A stretch of 48,903 nucleotides of DNA from an uncultured Saprospiraceae bacterium. GTDB lineage: Bacteria; Bacteroidota; Bacteroidia; Chitinophagales; Saprospiraceae. The notes below the pieces were generated by a model. It did not search any database and was not told the DNA's origin. It saw nothing but the letters and a program-made list of their open reading frames with translations. Shown piece after piece: positions 25,565 to 34,861 of the stretch. Each line of letters opens with the position of its first letter. The stretch's first letter is position 1. The translations under genes were made by a program, and so were the position numbers. Location: the NCBI GenBank assembly GCA_937967625.1, contig CALCJP010000093.1, positions 1 through 48,903 of the forward strand, in the 5' to 3' direction.

Positions 25565-28024
25565 TCATTTCTTGAGCTGTTGATAATCGACGTAATAGAT
25601 AAACTTAATGGATAGACTATTTGACTGGGGTAAAGCCCCTAATTCATCAGTGAGATTATCGAAATAGTTGGAAGGTAACTGATCGTCAATTTCTGCCCCT
25701 AAAATTGCGTTTTTCCAGATCACAAAGAGGTCGCTACCAGGAGCAAAACGCCATCTGAAGATTGCATCAATATTAAAAGCATTGAAATTGGTGTCATTGA
25801 CTTCATCGTATGTGGTTGGCTCCAATTGACCATTGGAAGGGTGAAGTGAGAAATAATCATAGTTTACAACGGTTGCCCAGTAGTGTCGAAGTCTAAAGGA
25901 TAGATTCATTTTGTTATTAAAGGCGTAATTGCTTCTGATGCTATTTTCTAAGACCTTCTGATCTCTTTTTGCATAAATGATGGTTCCGTCATCAAGTGTT
26001 TTTGCCCACCCTAATTCTTTAATCTCATTTTCAGTTTCGATGCCTAAAATAAATGATAGCTTATCATTTACTCTAATTCTTGGGAGGAAGCGTAAGTCAT
26101 AACCATATCTACCTTCACCTTGATTAAAATCATTAAATCTCCCTATGCGCCAGCGAAAATCATAGGCTAATTTTTTTCGATAATCTGAGCTAAGGAATCC
26201 GCCCCAAAATACGAATCGAGGTTGCTCATAATAGGTAGTCCAATTAAAAGCTCGTGGACCAAAAAAGTCGCGTCCTCTTGCTGGTTCAAAATATACCCAA
26301 GTACCTAACCCTAAGAAGCCTTTTGTAACGGCTCCTGTTTCAATATTGAAGCCTAATTCGGTAAAAGTGTTAGGGGAATACAAAGTTCCATAACTTCCAG
26401 AACCACGCAGCCAGCGACGATTGAACCTTCCTTTGGGCTGATAGTCATCAAAAGAGGCTCCTGCATAATATTTTCGTTCATTTGGAGCGAAGAGAATTCC
26501 TAAATCATTGATATCATAGTTTACGCTTTCCTGATTGTAACCTGCTTCCCATCTGTAATTTCCAGTTACTTTTTGTATTTGGAGATTGGCAGTGTTACCG
26601 AGGCTGATCGAATCTGGATAGTACTGCTGAGAGAGACCATATTTCCCGCTAAGGGAGTAAGATTGTTTTTTGTTGAAAAAATCAAAAACGGTACCTGTGA
26701 CGTTTGCATCATAAGTGCTGCCGGCACGCATGACATTGGTATTGATTAGCGAAATGTAAGAGTTGTTTGGTAAGTTTTGGTCAAGAGAAACTACGTTGTA
26801 GTTAGTCAATGGAGATGTAATAACCTTTCTTTGATCGCCTTCGGAGTTTTCGATTGTTGCTTCGGTTTTTGCCGAAACTGCATTGAAAAAACCAATGCCT
26901 AAACCATTTGAATTCCTTCCTGAAACTTTAGTGGCATTGTATAATTGAGTTTCAAGAGGGTTATTGATTATTTCCTCATCTGCTGTTGTTGCTACATTGA
27001 AATAATTGACGGGTCTTCCGCCAACTCTACGAGAGTAGAAGAAATTGCCTTTATTGAAAAGTTCGACTCCTTCAGTAAAAAATTGCCGATTTTCATTAAA
27101 TCGAATTTCGAAAGGGGATAGGTTCAAAACTTGATTGTCAGATTGCGCTTCGCCAAAATCTGGAATCAATGCCATGTCTAAAGTAAAGGCATCATTGATT
27201 CCATATTTTAAATCCATACCGCCGCCAATTGAGCGTCCCCACGCATGAGCAGGGTCGTTTCCTCTGTCATAATAATCTTCAAGGTAGGTAACGGCAAATG
27301 GAGTAAAGGATAGTCTAAAAGGCGGTTTAATATCTTTAATTCCATTTAAAACACCAGACTGAAAGAGCAATTTAGAATTGGCAGGATCGACCTCATTCCA
27401 AAAACTGGTTTGGCGGAAACGCCTAACCATTCGAGCAAAATTGACGCTCCATTTTTGTTCCTCTGCGTCAGGAAATCGTAGTGCAGAGTAAGGAATTTCC
27501 ATCTCAACTTGCCAGCCATCATCTGTAAATTCAATAGCACTATTCCAAACGGCATCCCAGTTAGAATCGCCTCCAAAAACATTGTCAAAGTTTCCCTCCC
27601 CCGCTGCCGCGGAATATTTGATGTCATACTGAACCCCCGCAGCAGTTGTGAAAAAACCAAGGGCATTGGTTCCGTCTTGATAAGCATCTATAATGATTCC
27701 GAACCAATCAACAATCCCTATCTGATCTCGCTCGGTAAATTGTCTCATTATGCTATCAGGAGAGACATCATCCATCTTAGCGAAAACGTACATGGACTGA
27801 TTGTCATATAAAATTCGTACCTCACTTTTTTGAGCACATTCGATGCCTGGGTTGGGAGAATTTTCTATGAAGCCATCTGCGACAGAAGCAGATAACCACT
27901 CTGGCTCATCCATTTTTCCATCTATGGAAATGGAGTTTTGAATCTTTAGCGCATTGAGCGATTTAGGTTGGCAAAATGCCAATAGCGGAAAGCAGATGGC
28001 AATGATAAGTAGCGTTAACCTCAT
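25565..28024 (-). CDS. Outer-membrane DUF5916-type protein with N-terminal CBM9-like/DOMON-like domain
   Basis: Signal peptide. ISIDGKMDEPEWLSASVADGFIENSPNPG..WQVEMEIPYSALRF matches the CBM9-like module that precedes DUF5916 barrels. The long C-terminus is rich in aromatic-ended beta-strands. Confidence 0.75.
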   Translation of the reverse strand: MRLTLLIIAICFPLLAFCQPKSLNALKIQNSISIDGKMDEPEWLSASVADGFIENSPNPGIECAQKSEVRILYDNQSMYVFAKMDDVSPDSIMRQFTERDQIGIVDWFGIIIDAYQDGTNALGFFTTAAGVQYDIKYSAAAGEGNFDNVFGGDSNWDAVWNSAIEFTDDGWQVEMEIPYSALRFPDAEEQKWSVNFARMVRRFRQTSFWNEVDPANSKLLFQSGVLNGIKDIKPPFRLSFTPFAVTYLEDYYDRGNDPAHAWGRSIGGGMDLKYGINDAFTLDMALIPDFGEAQSDNQVLNLSPFEIRFNENRQFFTEGVELFNKGNFFYSRRVGGRPVNYFNVATTADEEIINNPLETQLYNATKVSGRNSNGLGIGFFNAVSAKTEATIENSEGDQRKVITSPLTNYNVVSLDQNLPNNSYISLINTNVMRAGSTYDANVTGTVFDFFNKKQSYSLSGKYGLSQQYYPDSISLGNTANLQIQKVTGNYRWEAGYNQESVNYDINDLGILFAPNERKYYAGASFDDYQPKGRFNRRWLRGSGSYGTLYSPNTFTELGFNIETGAVTKGFLGLGTWVYFEPARGRDFFGPRAFNWTTYYEQPRFVFWGGFLSSDYRKKLAYDFRWRIGRFNDFNQGEGRYGYDLRFLPRIRVNDKLSFILGIETENEIKELGWAKTLDDGTIIYAKRDQKVLENSIRSNYAFNNKMNLSFRLRHYWATVVNYDYFSLHPSNGQLEPTTYDEVNDTNFNAFNIDAIFRWRFAPGSDLFVIWKNAILGAEIDDQLPSNYFDNLTDELGALPQSNSLSIKFIYYVDYQQLKK

Positions 28025-28100
28025 GGAGTGATTTCTTTAGTTTTACAAAATCTGCAAAACGAGTTTTCTTACTTCTTTGGGGTAGATTATTTCAAATGTA

Positions 28101-28160
28101 TTTATGCTTTCGCAAAATGACGTCATTTCGCGAAAACTTGTCCAATATTTTATATCGGGA
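28101..28160. repeat. Composite repeat (copy B), partly decayed
   Basis: tgc-TTTC-gca, then acgtcatttcgcgaaaacttgtcc (22/24 identical to 42996-43019), then the degenerate tcc..cggga arm. Confidence 0.75.
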
Positions 28161-28183
28161 GTGAAATGATTCAAGAGGAAAAA

Positions 28184-29230
28184 TCACTCAAGAACCAAAT
28201 TCTCGTTTTTATTAAAAGCTTTATAACGTCCTTTACTAAAATGGGTGCCGTTAAATTCCATTGTTTTTCGCAATTCTTTTTGTTCTTCAAGTGGGCGTTT
28301 TGAGAAATCAGAACACTTTGTGGAGCAGCAATTCGTGAATTTCTCAGAGCACTTCTCACATTGAATAAAAAGAATATGGCAGGCATCATTGGCGCAATTG
28401 ACATGAGTGTCGCAAGCGTCTCCACATTGGTGACACTTCGCGATGATGTCTTCGCTTATGCGCTCCCCCATCCGTTCGTCAAACACGAAGTTCTTACCAA
28501 TAAATTTATTTTCTAAACCTAATTCTTCTGCTTTTCGGGTGTATTCGATGATACCGCCTTCGACCATATAGACATTTTCAAAACCTTTGTGCTTGAAGTA
28601 TGCGCTTGCTTTTTCGCAACGAATGCCGCCGGTGCAGTACATGACGAGGTTTTTGTCTTTCTCAGTTTCAAGCATCTTTTCGACAATCGGTAAAGACTCT
28701 CGAAAAGTCTCAACGTCGGGTCGAATGGCGTCTTTAAAATGTCCCACTTCGCTTTCATAATGATTGCGCATGTCCACAACGACTGTGTTGTCTTGCTCAG
28801 TCAACTCATTGAATGCCTTGGCGTCCAACTCTACTCCTCGTGCAGTCACGTCAAAAGAGTCATCGTCTAAACCATCCGCCACGATTTTAGGGCGCACTTT
28901 TATTTTTAACTTGTAAAAAGACTTTCCGTCATCATCAACGGCGATATTGAGTCGGATCCCCTCCAAAAAAGAAAAGGAATAAAGTTTCTCCTTAAAAAGG
29001 TTAAAGTTCTTTTTGGGTAAAGAAAGCTGCCCATTGATGCCCTCTTTGGCGACATAAATTCGACCAAAAACCTCCATCTTATCAAACATCAGATACAACT
29101 GATTTCGAAAATCATCGGGGTCAGTAATGTTGGCGTATTGATAAAAAGAAAGGGTCATGCGGGGCTCAGTGCTTTCGAGCATGCGCTGTTTTAACTCATC
29201 GCTATTGATGCGATTGTATAATTTTTTCAT
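28184..29230 (-). CDS. trhO: Rhodanese-domain tRNA U34 hydroxylase TrhO (UPF0176/YceA family)
   Basis: The N-terminal [27 protein letters not shown]0176 module, a rhodanese active-site loop [13 protein letters not shown], and a Cys-rich C-terminus. Confidence 0.85.
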   Translation of the reverse strand: MKKLYNRINSDELKQRMLESTEPRMTLSFYQYANITDPDDFRNQLYLMFDKMEVFGRIYVAKEGINGQLSLPKKNFNLFKEKLYSFSFLEGIRLNIAVDDDGKSFYKLKIKVRPKIVADGLDDDSFDVTARGVELDAKAFNELTEQDNTVVVDMRNHYESEVGHFKDAIRPDVETFRESLPIVEKMLETEKDKNLVMYCTGGIRCEKASAYFKHKGFENVYMVEGGIIEYTRKAEELGLENKFIGKNFVFDERMGERISEDIIAKCHQCGDACDTHVNCANDACHILFIQCEKCSEKFTNCCSTKCSDFSKRPLEEQKELRKTMEFNGTHFSKGRYKAFNKNENLVLE

Positions 29231-29319
29231 GATAGGAGTTTATGGTTGACAATTGCAGGTTATCTGCCATAAAAGATTGAGCCGCAAAGGTACGGGTTAA
29301 ATCCCCTTAAATGTGATTT

Positions 29320-29404
29320 GACGGAAGTCTATTTTTCCGAAAGGAAATAAAAATGGGTCAGACTTATATTGAGATTTGACGAAAGTCAAATGCCCCTTTC
29401 GGGG
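29320..29404. repeat. Cluster of four mini-hairpins: gac-GGAA-gtc, tttcc-GAAA-ggaaa, atttgac-GAAA-gtcaaat, cccc-TTTC-gggg
   Basis: 29320-29329, 29334-29347, 29374-29391, 29393-29404. Confidence 0.85.
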
Positions 29405-29427
29405 AATGTTGGGAAAGAGCAGGCTGT

Positions 29428-30387
29428 CTAAGGACGAGCCTTCTGATTCGCTTCTTTATGCACTTCTCCTTTTCCGAGACACTGAGGGCATAAGCGCATC
29501 TGGTCCAACATTTTCTTACCTGAGCAAACCCTACAAGTAAGTTTTCCAGATTGATCGCAGAGATTGCATCGATGAGTTTTATGTTCGAACTCAAACTTGC
29601 CAGTTCCCTCACAAACATAGCAGATGTGTTCTCCCGCACCTGAACAGACATCACAAGAGGCAGGCGCATCTGTGGTCTTTTTTCCATTACATAAATCGCA
29701 ACGAATCATTTGCGATTTTTTTGGATCGATACGTTTGTAGGTGTGGAAATAATGAAGACTTTTTTGGTAAGCATTTTCAAGACTTAACTGAGCATTATGA
29801 TAGCCATCTATCATCGCTTTGGAGCGTTCGATAGGCGTTCCGTAATAGAAAGGATTATACCATTCGCCCTCAAATAAATTGGTAGCAAAAGGAATAATCG
29901 CGATGTCGTATTTTAATTTATAACTATTTCTTCCGATGAAATAACCCGCTAAAAAATCTGCTTGAAGTTCTCTTTTCCAAGTTTTGAGTGAAGTGTTTAT
30001 TTTGCACTGATAGATGTGAACATAAGCATGAGCCAATAACGCAATAGCGGAGTGTTCTCCAAATTCGCGTGTCCAAAGCTCATCGTTTAAGAGATTTTTT
30101 CCGAACTGAATCGTGCCATCATAAAACTCAGGGTGTAGCGAAGAGCATAAGGTAAGTGTCTCAAATCGCTTGATGTCTTCATGTATGTAAAAATCAGATT
30201 TGATTCCGAAAACAGTATGTAACTCCTCTCTGGTCTCGTAGAGAATATTATCAATTGCAACGTCGCCGGTTGTGTGTGTGCCCAAATCAGTGCTATGCAA
30301 ATCGTCAACATGCCCACTACACTGAGCGTGAAGTTGAAATTGACTGAAACCCATAAGGACAAAAAATAAAATTCTCAGAAAACTCAT
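29428..30387 (-). CDS. Hypothetical exported protein: degenerate YpfJ-like zinc-metallopeptidase-like domain (HAYVH, ELQADFLAG) fused to six CxxC(xGxG) DnaJ-type zinc-finger motifs
   Basis: Signal-like N-terminus MSFLRILFFVLMGFSQFQLHAQ. The last 90 aa contain CDLCNGKK, CDVCSGAG, CYVCEGTG, CNLCDQSG, CRVCSGKK and CPQCLGKG. Confidence 0.7.
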   Translation of the reverse strand: MSFLRILFFVLMGFSQFQLHAQCSGHVDDLHSTDLGTHTTGDVAIDNILYETREELHTVFGIKSDFYIHEDIKRFETLTLCSSLHPEFYDGTIQFGKNLLNDELWTREFGEHSAIALLAHAYVHIYQCKINTSLKTWKRELQADFLAGYFIGRNSYKLKYDIAIIPFATNLFEGEWYNPFYYGTPIERSKAMIDGYHNAQLSLENAYQKSLHYFHTYKRIDPKKSQMIRCDLCNGKKTTDAPASCDVCSGAGEHICYVCEGTGKFEFEHKTHRCNLCDQSGKLTCRVCSGKKMLDQMRLCPQCLGKGEVHKEANQKARP

Positions 30388-30465
30388 TTGAAACTATTAA
30401 AAGGGAGTTGGGTGTAGAAGTTACAAGCAAAAAATTAGCCAAGTATATTGAATTGATTGTCAACA

Positions 30466-31185
30466 CTATAGCGCTTGAAAAAGTACTGCTGCAAGGATTC
30501 CTCCAATGATGGGACCAACCACTGGAATCCATGAATAACTCCAATCACTTCCTCCTTTTTTCGAGATTGGTAGGATAGCATGAGCAATCCGTGGTCCTAA
30601 ATCTCTTGCGGGGTTGATAGCATAGCCAGTCGTGCCTCCAAGAGATATTCCAATGCCTAAAACAACCAGCGCAACCGGCAACGCATCCAAAGAACCCAAA
30701 CTCACCGCTTCTTCGCCCATGGAAGCTCCTGTAATATATAACACACTGAAAACCAGAACAAAAGTCCCAATTACCTCAGAGACCAAATTGGAAAAAGTGG
30801 ATCGAATCGCAGGTGCCGTGCTAAAAGTTGCTAATACTAAATCCTTATCATCGGTAACATCATAGTGGTCTTTATATTGAAGCCAAACGAGCGATGTGCC
30901 AACAAATGCACCTGCCAATTGAGCACCAATATAGGTAGGAACTAAACTGAAGCTAAATTTGCCGGCCACGGCTAACCCAATCGTCACAGCTGGATTGATA
31001 TGCGCACCTGAATAGGGAGCCACAATAAAAACAGCAATGAAAACGGCAATCGCCCAACCAAAATTGATGAAAAGAAAACTACTACCTGATCCCTTAGTGT
31101 CTTTGAGCAATGCGTTGGTGACCACGCCATTCCCTAATAATAGAAGCATGGCGGTTCCGATAAATTCTCCGAGTAGTGGTGTCAT
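30466..31185 (-). CDS. glpF: MIP-family aquaglyceroporin (glycerol uptake facilitator type)
   Basis: Two NPA boxes (HINPAVT and GYAINPARDLGPR); the NPARD form is typical of glycerol facilitators. Start set at ATG 31183-31185 (MTPLLGEFIGT); the ORF track extends to 31230. Confidence 0.85.
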   Translation of the reverse strand: MTPLLGEFIGTAMLLLLGNGVVTNALLKDTKGSGSSFLFINFGWAIAVFIAVFIVAPYSGAHINPAVTIGLAVAGKFSFSLVPTYIGAQLAGAFVGTSLVWLQYKDHYDVTDDKDLVLATFSTAPAIRSTFSNLVSEVIGTFVLVFSVLYITGASMGEEAVSLGSLDALPVALVVLGIGISLGGTTGYAINPARDLGPRIAHAILPISKKGGSDWSYSWIPVVGPIIGGILAAVLFQAL

Positions 31186-31242
31186 GATTTTTTCGTTTTG
31201 TAGGAAATAATTTGGACGCAAATTAAACATTCAGCAGTACTT

Positions 31243-31285
31243 TTCCGCTTTCGCGGAATGACGTTATCCCGATTAAAAATCGGGA
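31243..31285. repeat. Composite repeat (copy C): ttccgc-TTTC-gcggaa + aatgacgt + tcccgatt-aaa-aatcggga
   Basis: 6-bp and 8-bp perfect stems, followed by gcgaaaa as in copies A and B. Confidence 0.85.
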
Positions 31286-31350
31286 GCGAAAAATAATAAA
31301 TCATTTGAACCCAAACTTCTCTAAAGTTGCCTAATTACGCATCTTTGTGT

Positions 31351-31360
31351 CGCTTTCGCG
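31351..31360. repeat. Mini-hairpin cgc-TTTC-gcg
   Basis: 3-bp stem, short copy. Confidence 0.5.
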
Positions 31361-31508
31361 GAAAACGTGAATTGAAGTTGTTTAAGAATAGGTTTTAGAG
31401 GCGAAAATTTGAGGTTGAAGGTTCTGAAGAAGTCAAATTTTCAAAATCGGATTTGCAGCTTAAAAGCTATTTTTAAATAACTTCATTAATCAAAAATAAC
31501 TTGAGAAA

Positions 31509-33188
31509 ATGGCAGACGACAAAAAGATTATTTTTTCGATGGCAGGGGTTTCAAAAATCTACCCGCCACAAAAACAAGTATTAAAAAACATTTGGCTTTC
31601 CTTCTTTTACGGAGCGAAGATTGGCGTTTTGGGGCTCAATGGCTCTGGTAAGTCAACCTTACTAAAACTAATCGCAGGACTTGATGATAACTATCAGGGC
31701 AAAATAGAGTTTGACGGCACTTACAAAATCGGCTATTTAGAGCAAGAGCCAACTTTGGACGAAACCAAAACCGTCAAAGAAATTGTCGAAGAAGGCGTCG
31801 CAGATACCGTCAAGTTGATGAAAGACTACGAGGAGATTTCTCTCAAACTCGCCGAGCCAATGGACAATGATGAGATGATGAAGCTCATCGAACAGCAGGG
31901 AGAGATGCTCGATAAAATCGAAGACATCAATGGCTGGGAACTTGACCATAAACTCGACACCGCAATGAATGCCCTTGCGTGTCCGCCAAGTGATCAGAAG
32001 ATAAATGTCTGTTCAGGTGGAGAGCGACGTCGAGTCGCATTGTGTAGATTGTTATTGAGCAACCCCGATATTTTACTACTCGATGAGCCGACCAACCACT
32101 TGGATGCGGAGTCAGTGCATTGGTTGGAGCAATACTTAGCCAACTTTAAAGGAACCGTAATCGCCGTAACTCACGACCGTTACTTTTTGGACAATGTCGC
32201 TGGTTGGATTTTGGAATTGGATAGAGGCGAAGGCATTCCGTGGGAAGGAAATTACTCCTCATGGTTGGAGCAAAAATCAAATCGTTTGGCACAAGAAGAA
32301 AAATCTGAAAGCAAGCGCCAAAAGATTTTGAAACGAGAGTTGGAGTGGGTGCGTAGTTCGCAAAAAGCGAAGCAGTCAAAAGGAAAAGCACGTCTGAATG
32401 CCTATGAAAAAATGGCGGGACAAGAATCAAGAGAAAGAGAGGCAAAACTCGAATTATTTATTCCGCCTGGCCCAAGATTAGGAGATAAAGTCATCGAAGT
32501 AAAAAACCTCTCAAAATCGTATGACGGTCGTATTCTTTTCGAAAACTTGAATTTCGATATTCCTAAAAATGCCATCGTTGGCATCATCGGTCCCAACGGT
32601 ATGGGTAAATCTACCCTTTTCAGAATCATCATGGGGCACGAGACTCCCGATACGGGCGAAGTAATCATCGGCGACACCGTGCAGATGAGCTACGTCGATC
32701 AAAGTCACGAAGACCTCAAACCTGACAAATCAGTTTACGAAGTCGTCTCTGGTGGCAATGACATCTTGGAAATAGGAAGCATGACTGTCAATGCACGTGC
32801 CTATCTAAGTAAATTCAACTTTAGTGGCACCGACCAGCAGACCAAAGTAAAAGATCTCTCTGGTGGAGAGCGAAATAGGGCGCATTTAGCAATCACATTG
32901 CGCGAAGGCGGCAATGTCTTGCTCCTTGACGAACCTACCAACGATATTGACGTTAACACCTTGCGTGCCTTGGAGGAGGCAATTGATAACTTTGCGGGTT
33001 GTGCAGTGATTATCTCTCACGACCGTTGGTTTATCGACCGTTTGGCGACGCATATTTTAGCTTTTGAGGGCGACTCACAGGTGGTGATGTTTGAAGGAAA
33101 CTTCTCTGCCTATGAAGCAGCGAAGAAAGAACGACTGGGCGATATTACGCCAAAACGTCCGAGATTTAAGAATGTGATTAATGGGTAA
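31509..33188 (+). CDS. ettA: Energy-dependent translational throttle protein EttA (ABC-F ATPase)
   Basis: Two ABC cassettes (GLNGSGKST, GPNGMGKST; LSGGERRR/LSGGERNR) with an inter-domain linker. The N-terminus IFSMAGVSKIYPPQKQVLKNI is typical of EttA. Confidence 0.9.
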   Translation: MADDKKIIFSMAGVSKIYPPQKQVLKNIWLSFFYGAKIGVLGLNGSGKSTLLKLIAGLDDNYQGKIEFDGTYKIGYLEQEPTLDETKTVKEIVEEGVADTVKLMKDYEEISLKLAEPMDNDEMMKLIEQQGEMLDKIEDINGWELDHKLDTAMNALACPPSDQKINVCSGGERRRVALCRLLLSNPDILLLDEPTNHLDAESVHWLEQYLANFKGTVIAVTHDRYFLDNVAGWILELDRGEGIPWEGNYSSWLEQKSNRLAQEEKSESKRQKILKRELEWVRSSQKAKQSKGKARLNAYEKMAGQESREREAKLELFIPPGPRLGDKVIEVKNLSKSYDGRILFENLNFDIPKNAIVGIIGPNGMGKSTLFRIIMGHETPDTGEVIIGDTVQMSYVDQSHEDLKPDKSVYEVVSGGNDILEIGSMTVNARAYLSKFNFSGTDQQTKVKDLSGGERNRAHLAITLREGGNVLLLDEPTNDIDVNTLRALEEAIDNFAGCAVIISHDRWFIDRLATHILAFEGDSQVVMFEGNFSAYEAAKKERLGDITPKRPRFKNVING

Positions 33189-33195
33189 CCATATT

Positions 33196-33239
33196 TCGCG
33201 AAAGCGATGAAACCGTAGCCTGAGCGAAGCCGAAGGCTA
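33196..33239. repeat. tcgc-GAAA-gcga unit (33196-33207) and agcc-GAA-ggctaaa variant (33228-33240 region)
   Basis: Degenerate members of the cgc and gcc subfamilies in the ettA-sucB spacer. Confidence 0.55.
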
Positions 33240-33371
33240 AATAGCAAAGTCGAATTTTTTGATTTCGGTTTCGACTCCGCTCAACCTCCGGTATAGTTGG
33301 GACAATCATTAAAAATACCGACCTTTGTATTTATTCATTTACTAATTTGAAATTCACTCATTTAGAATAAT

Positions 33372-34628
33372 ATGGCTTTAGTAGAAATGAAAGTGCCGGT
33401 CATCGGCGAATCAATATCAGAAGTAACCCTTTCCTCATGGCTCGTAGGCAATGGAGAATACGTCAAATTAGACCAACCCATTTGCGAATTCGAATCAGAC
33501 AAAGCAACATTGGAATTTCCGGCGGAAGCCGCTGGTAAATTAATATACGTAGCCGCAGAAGGCGATGATATCCAAATCGGCGCATTGGTCGCAAAAATTG
33601 ATACAAGCGTAGCTGCTCCAGCAGGCGATGCTGCACCAGCCGCACCCGCTCCAGAGAAAAAAGAAGAAGCACCCGCTGCTCCGGCACCTGCCCCAACAGC
33701 GACTTCTCATGCCGCTGGCCACCCTTCTCCCGCTGCCGCGAAAATATTGCGTGAAAACGGCACTGCCACTTCAGCCGTAACGGGCACGGGCAAAGGAGGA
33801 AGAATCACAAAAGAAGATGCTCAAAAGGCAGTAGCATCTGCGTCGGCACCTGCTCCGGTAAAAGCCCCAGCAGCAAAACCTGCGGCACCTGCGCCACAAA
33901 AACCGAACTTCGGTACAAGAAGTTTTAGCAGAGGCGAAGAGCGCAAAAAAATGAGCCGCATGCGCCGAACCATCGCCAAGCGTTTGGTTTCTGCAAAGAA
34001 CAATACCGCCATGCTGACTACTTTCAATGAGGCAGACATGACGGGGATTTTTGCAATGCGTAAAAAATATCAAGAGCAATTCGTTGAGAAGTTCGGTATT
34101 AAACTGGGCTTCATGTCTCTCTTCTCGAAAGCATGTGCGAAAGTGCTTATGGAGATGCCTGACGTCAATGCGTTCATAGATGGTGACCACACAATCTTTC
34201 ATGATTATGCGGACATCTCAATAGCAATTTCTACAGACACCGGTTTGGTTGTTCCACCAGTAAAAAATGTAGAATCACTCAGCTTAGCTGAAATCGAATG
34301 GGCAATTAAAGAACTCGCTGGCAAAGCACGTTCTGGCAAATTGACCATCGAAGAGATGACTGGAGGAACATTCGCAATCACCAATGGCGGTATCTTTGGC
34401 TCGATGATGAGTACTCCAATTTTGAATGAACCACAATCAGCGATTTTGGGAATGCACAACATCATCCAACGCCCCGTGGCAATCAATGGTGAAGTCGTAA
34501 TTCGCCCGATGATGTATTTGGCATTGAGTTATGACCACCGTGTGATTGATGGAAAGTCTTCTGTGACCTTCTTGAAGAAGGTGAAGGAATTGGTGGAAGA
34601 TCCGACGAGTTTGTTATTGGATTTATAA
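33372..34628 (+). CDS. sucB: 2-oxoglutarate dehydrogenase E2, dihydrolipoyllysine-residue succinyltransferase
   Basis: A single lipoyl domain ([12 protein letters not shown]), an Ala/Pro linker, a subunit-binding domain (SPAAAKIL), and a catalytic domain with SYDHRVIDG. Confidence 0.9.
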   Translation: MALVEMKVPVIGESISEVTLSSWLVGNGEYVKLDQPICEFESDKATLEFPAEAAGKLIYVAAEGDDIQIGALVAKIDTSVAAPAGDAAPAAPAPEKKEEAPAAPAPAPTATSHAAGHPSPAAAKILRENGTATSAVTGTGKGGRITKEDAQKAVASASAPAPVKAPAAKPAAPAPQKPNFGTRSFSRGEERKKMSRMRRTIAKRLVSAKNNTAMLTTFNEADMTGIFAMRKKYQEQFVEKFGIKLGFMSLFSKACAKVLMEMPDVNAFIDGDHTIFHDYADISIAISTDTGLVVPPVKNVESLSLAEIEWAIKELAGKARSGKLTIEEMTGGTFAITNGGIFGSMMSTPILNEPQSAILGMHNIIQRPVAINGEVVIRPMMYLALSYDHRVIDGKSSVTFLKKVKELVEDPTSLLLDL

Positions 34629-34631
34629 TTC

Positions 34632-34643
34632 TTCCTTTCGGAA
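34632..34643. repeat. Mini-hairpin ttcc-TTTC-ggaa just after the sucB stop
   Basis: 4-bp stem. Confidence 0.6.
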
Positions 34644-34690
34644 AAAATCCGCTATGAGCGCCACCGCGTGGTGAATCTCTAAATGGAACA

Positions 34691-34752
34691 AAAAAAAGGT
34701 GCGTAGCATAATCTTATTAAATTTAAAAAGATTGTTGCACGCACCTTTTTTT
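34691..34752. terminator. Bidirectional terminator between convergent sucB and sucA
   Basis: A7, then ggtgcgt(a)gca...tgcacgcacc, then T7; the long loop has a secondary stem ataatctt/aagattgt. Confidence 0.7.
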
Positions 34753-34781
34753 ATTGGCTATGTTATGATTTTCAAAATGCG

Positions 34782-34861
34782 CATTTGGCGAAAGCCGCCT
34801 CAGCTTTGAGCGTCATCTTCTTAGAGAGACAAGCCTCAAATAAATCATTTGGCGAAAGCCG
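34782..34861. repeat. Two direct copies of the 16-mer catttggcgaaagccg (34782-34797 and 34846-34861)
   Basis: Identical 16-mers 64 nt apart. The second encodes the last codons and stop of sucA. Confidence 0.9.

Noticed and set aside
29320-29404. Clusters of short palindromic repeats (for example four hairpins at 29320-29404, three at 41296-41385) as a possible CRISPR array
   Set aside because: The units are 12-20 nt, irregularly spaced, in mixed orientation, scattered over the whole window, and have no cas genes nearby. This is not CRISPR architecture.
33261-33290. tRNA-like T-arm (ggtttcgactccgctcaacctccgg) suggesting a tRNA gene or integration-site remnant
   Set aside because: With ttcgact as the T-loop, the flanking 5-mers (tcggt / ccgct) do not pair. 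There is no acceptor stem, D-arm or anticodon arm. No tRNA is present.
33463-34202. Several minus-strand ORFs across sucB (33463-33696, 33540-33722, 33771-34202, 33821-34039)
   Set aside because: They are caused by the GC-rich Ala/Pro linker (GCN/CCN codons) of the E2 protein. No independent coding signal.
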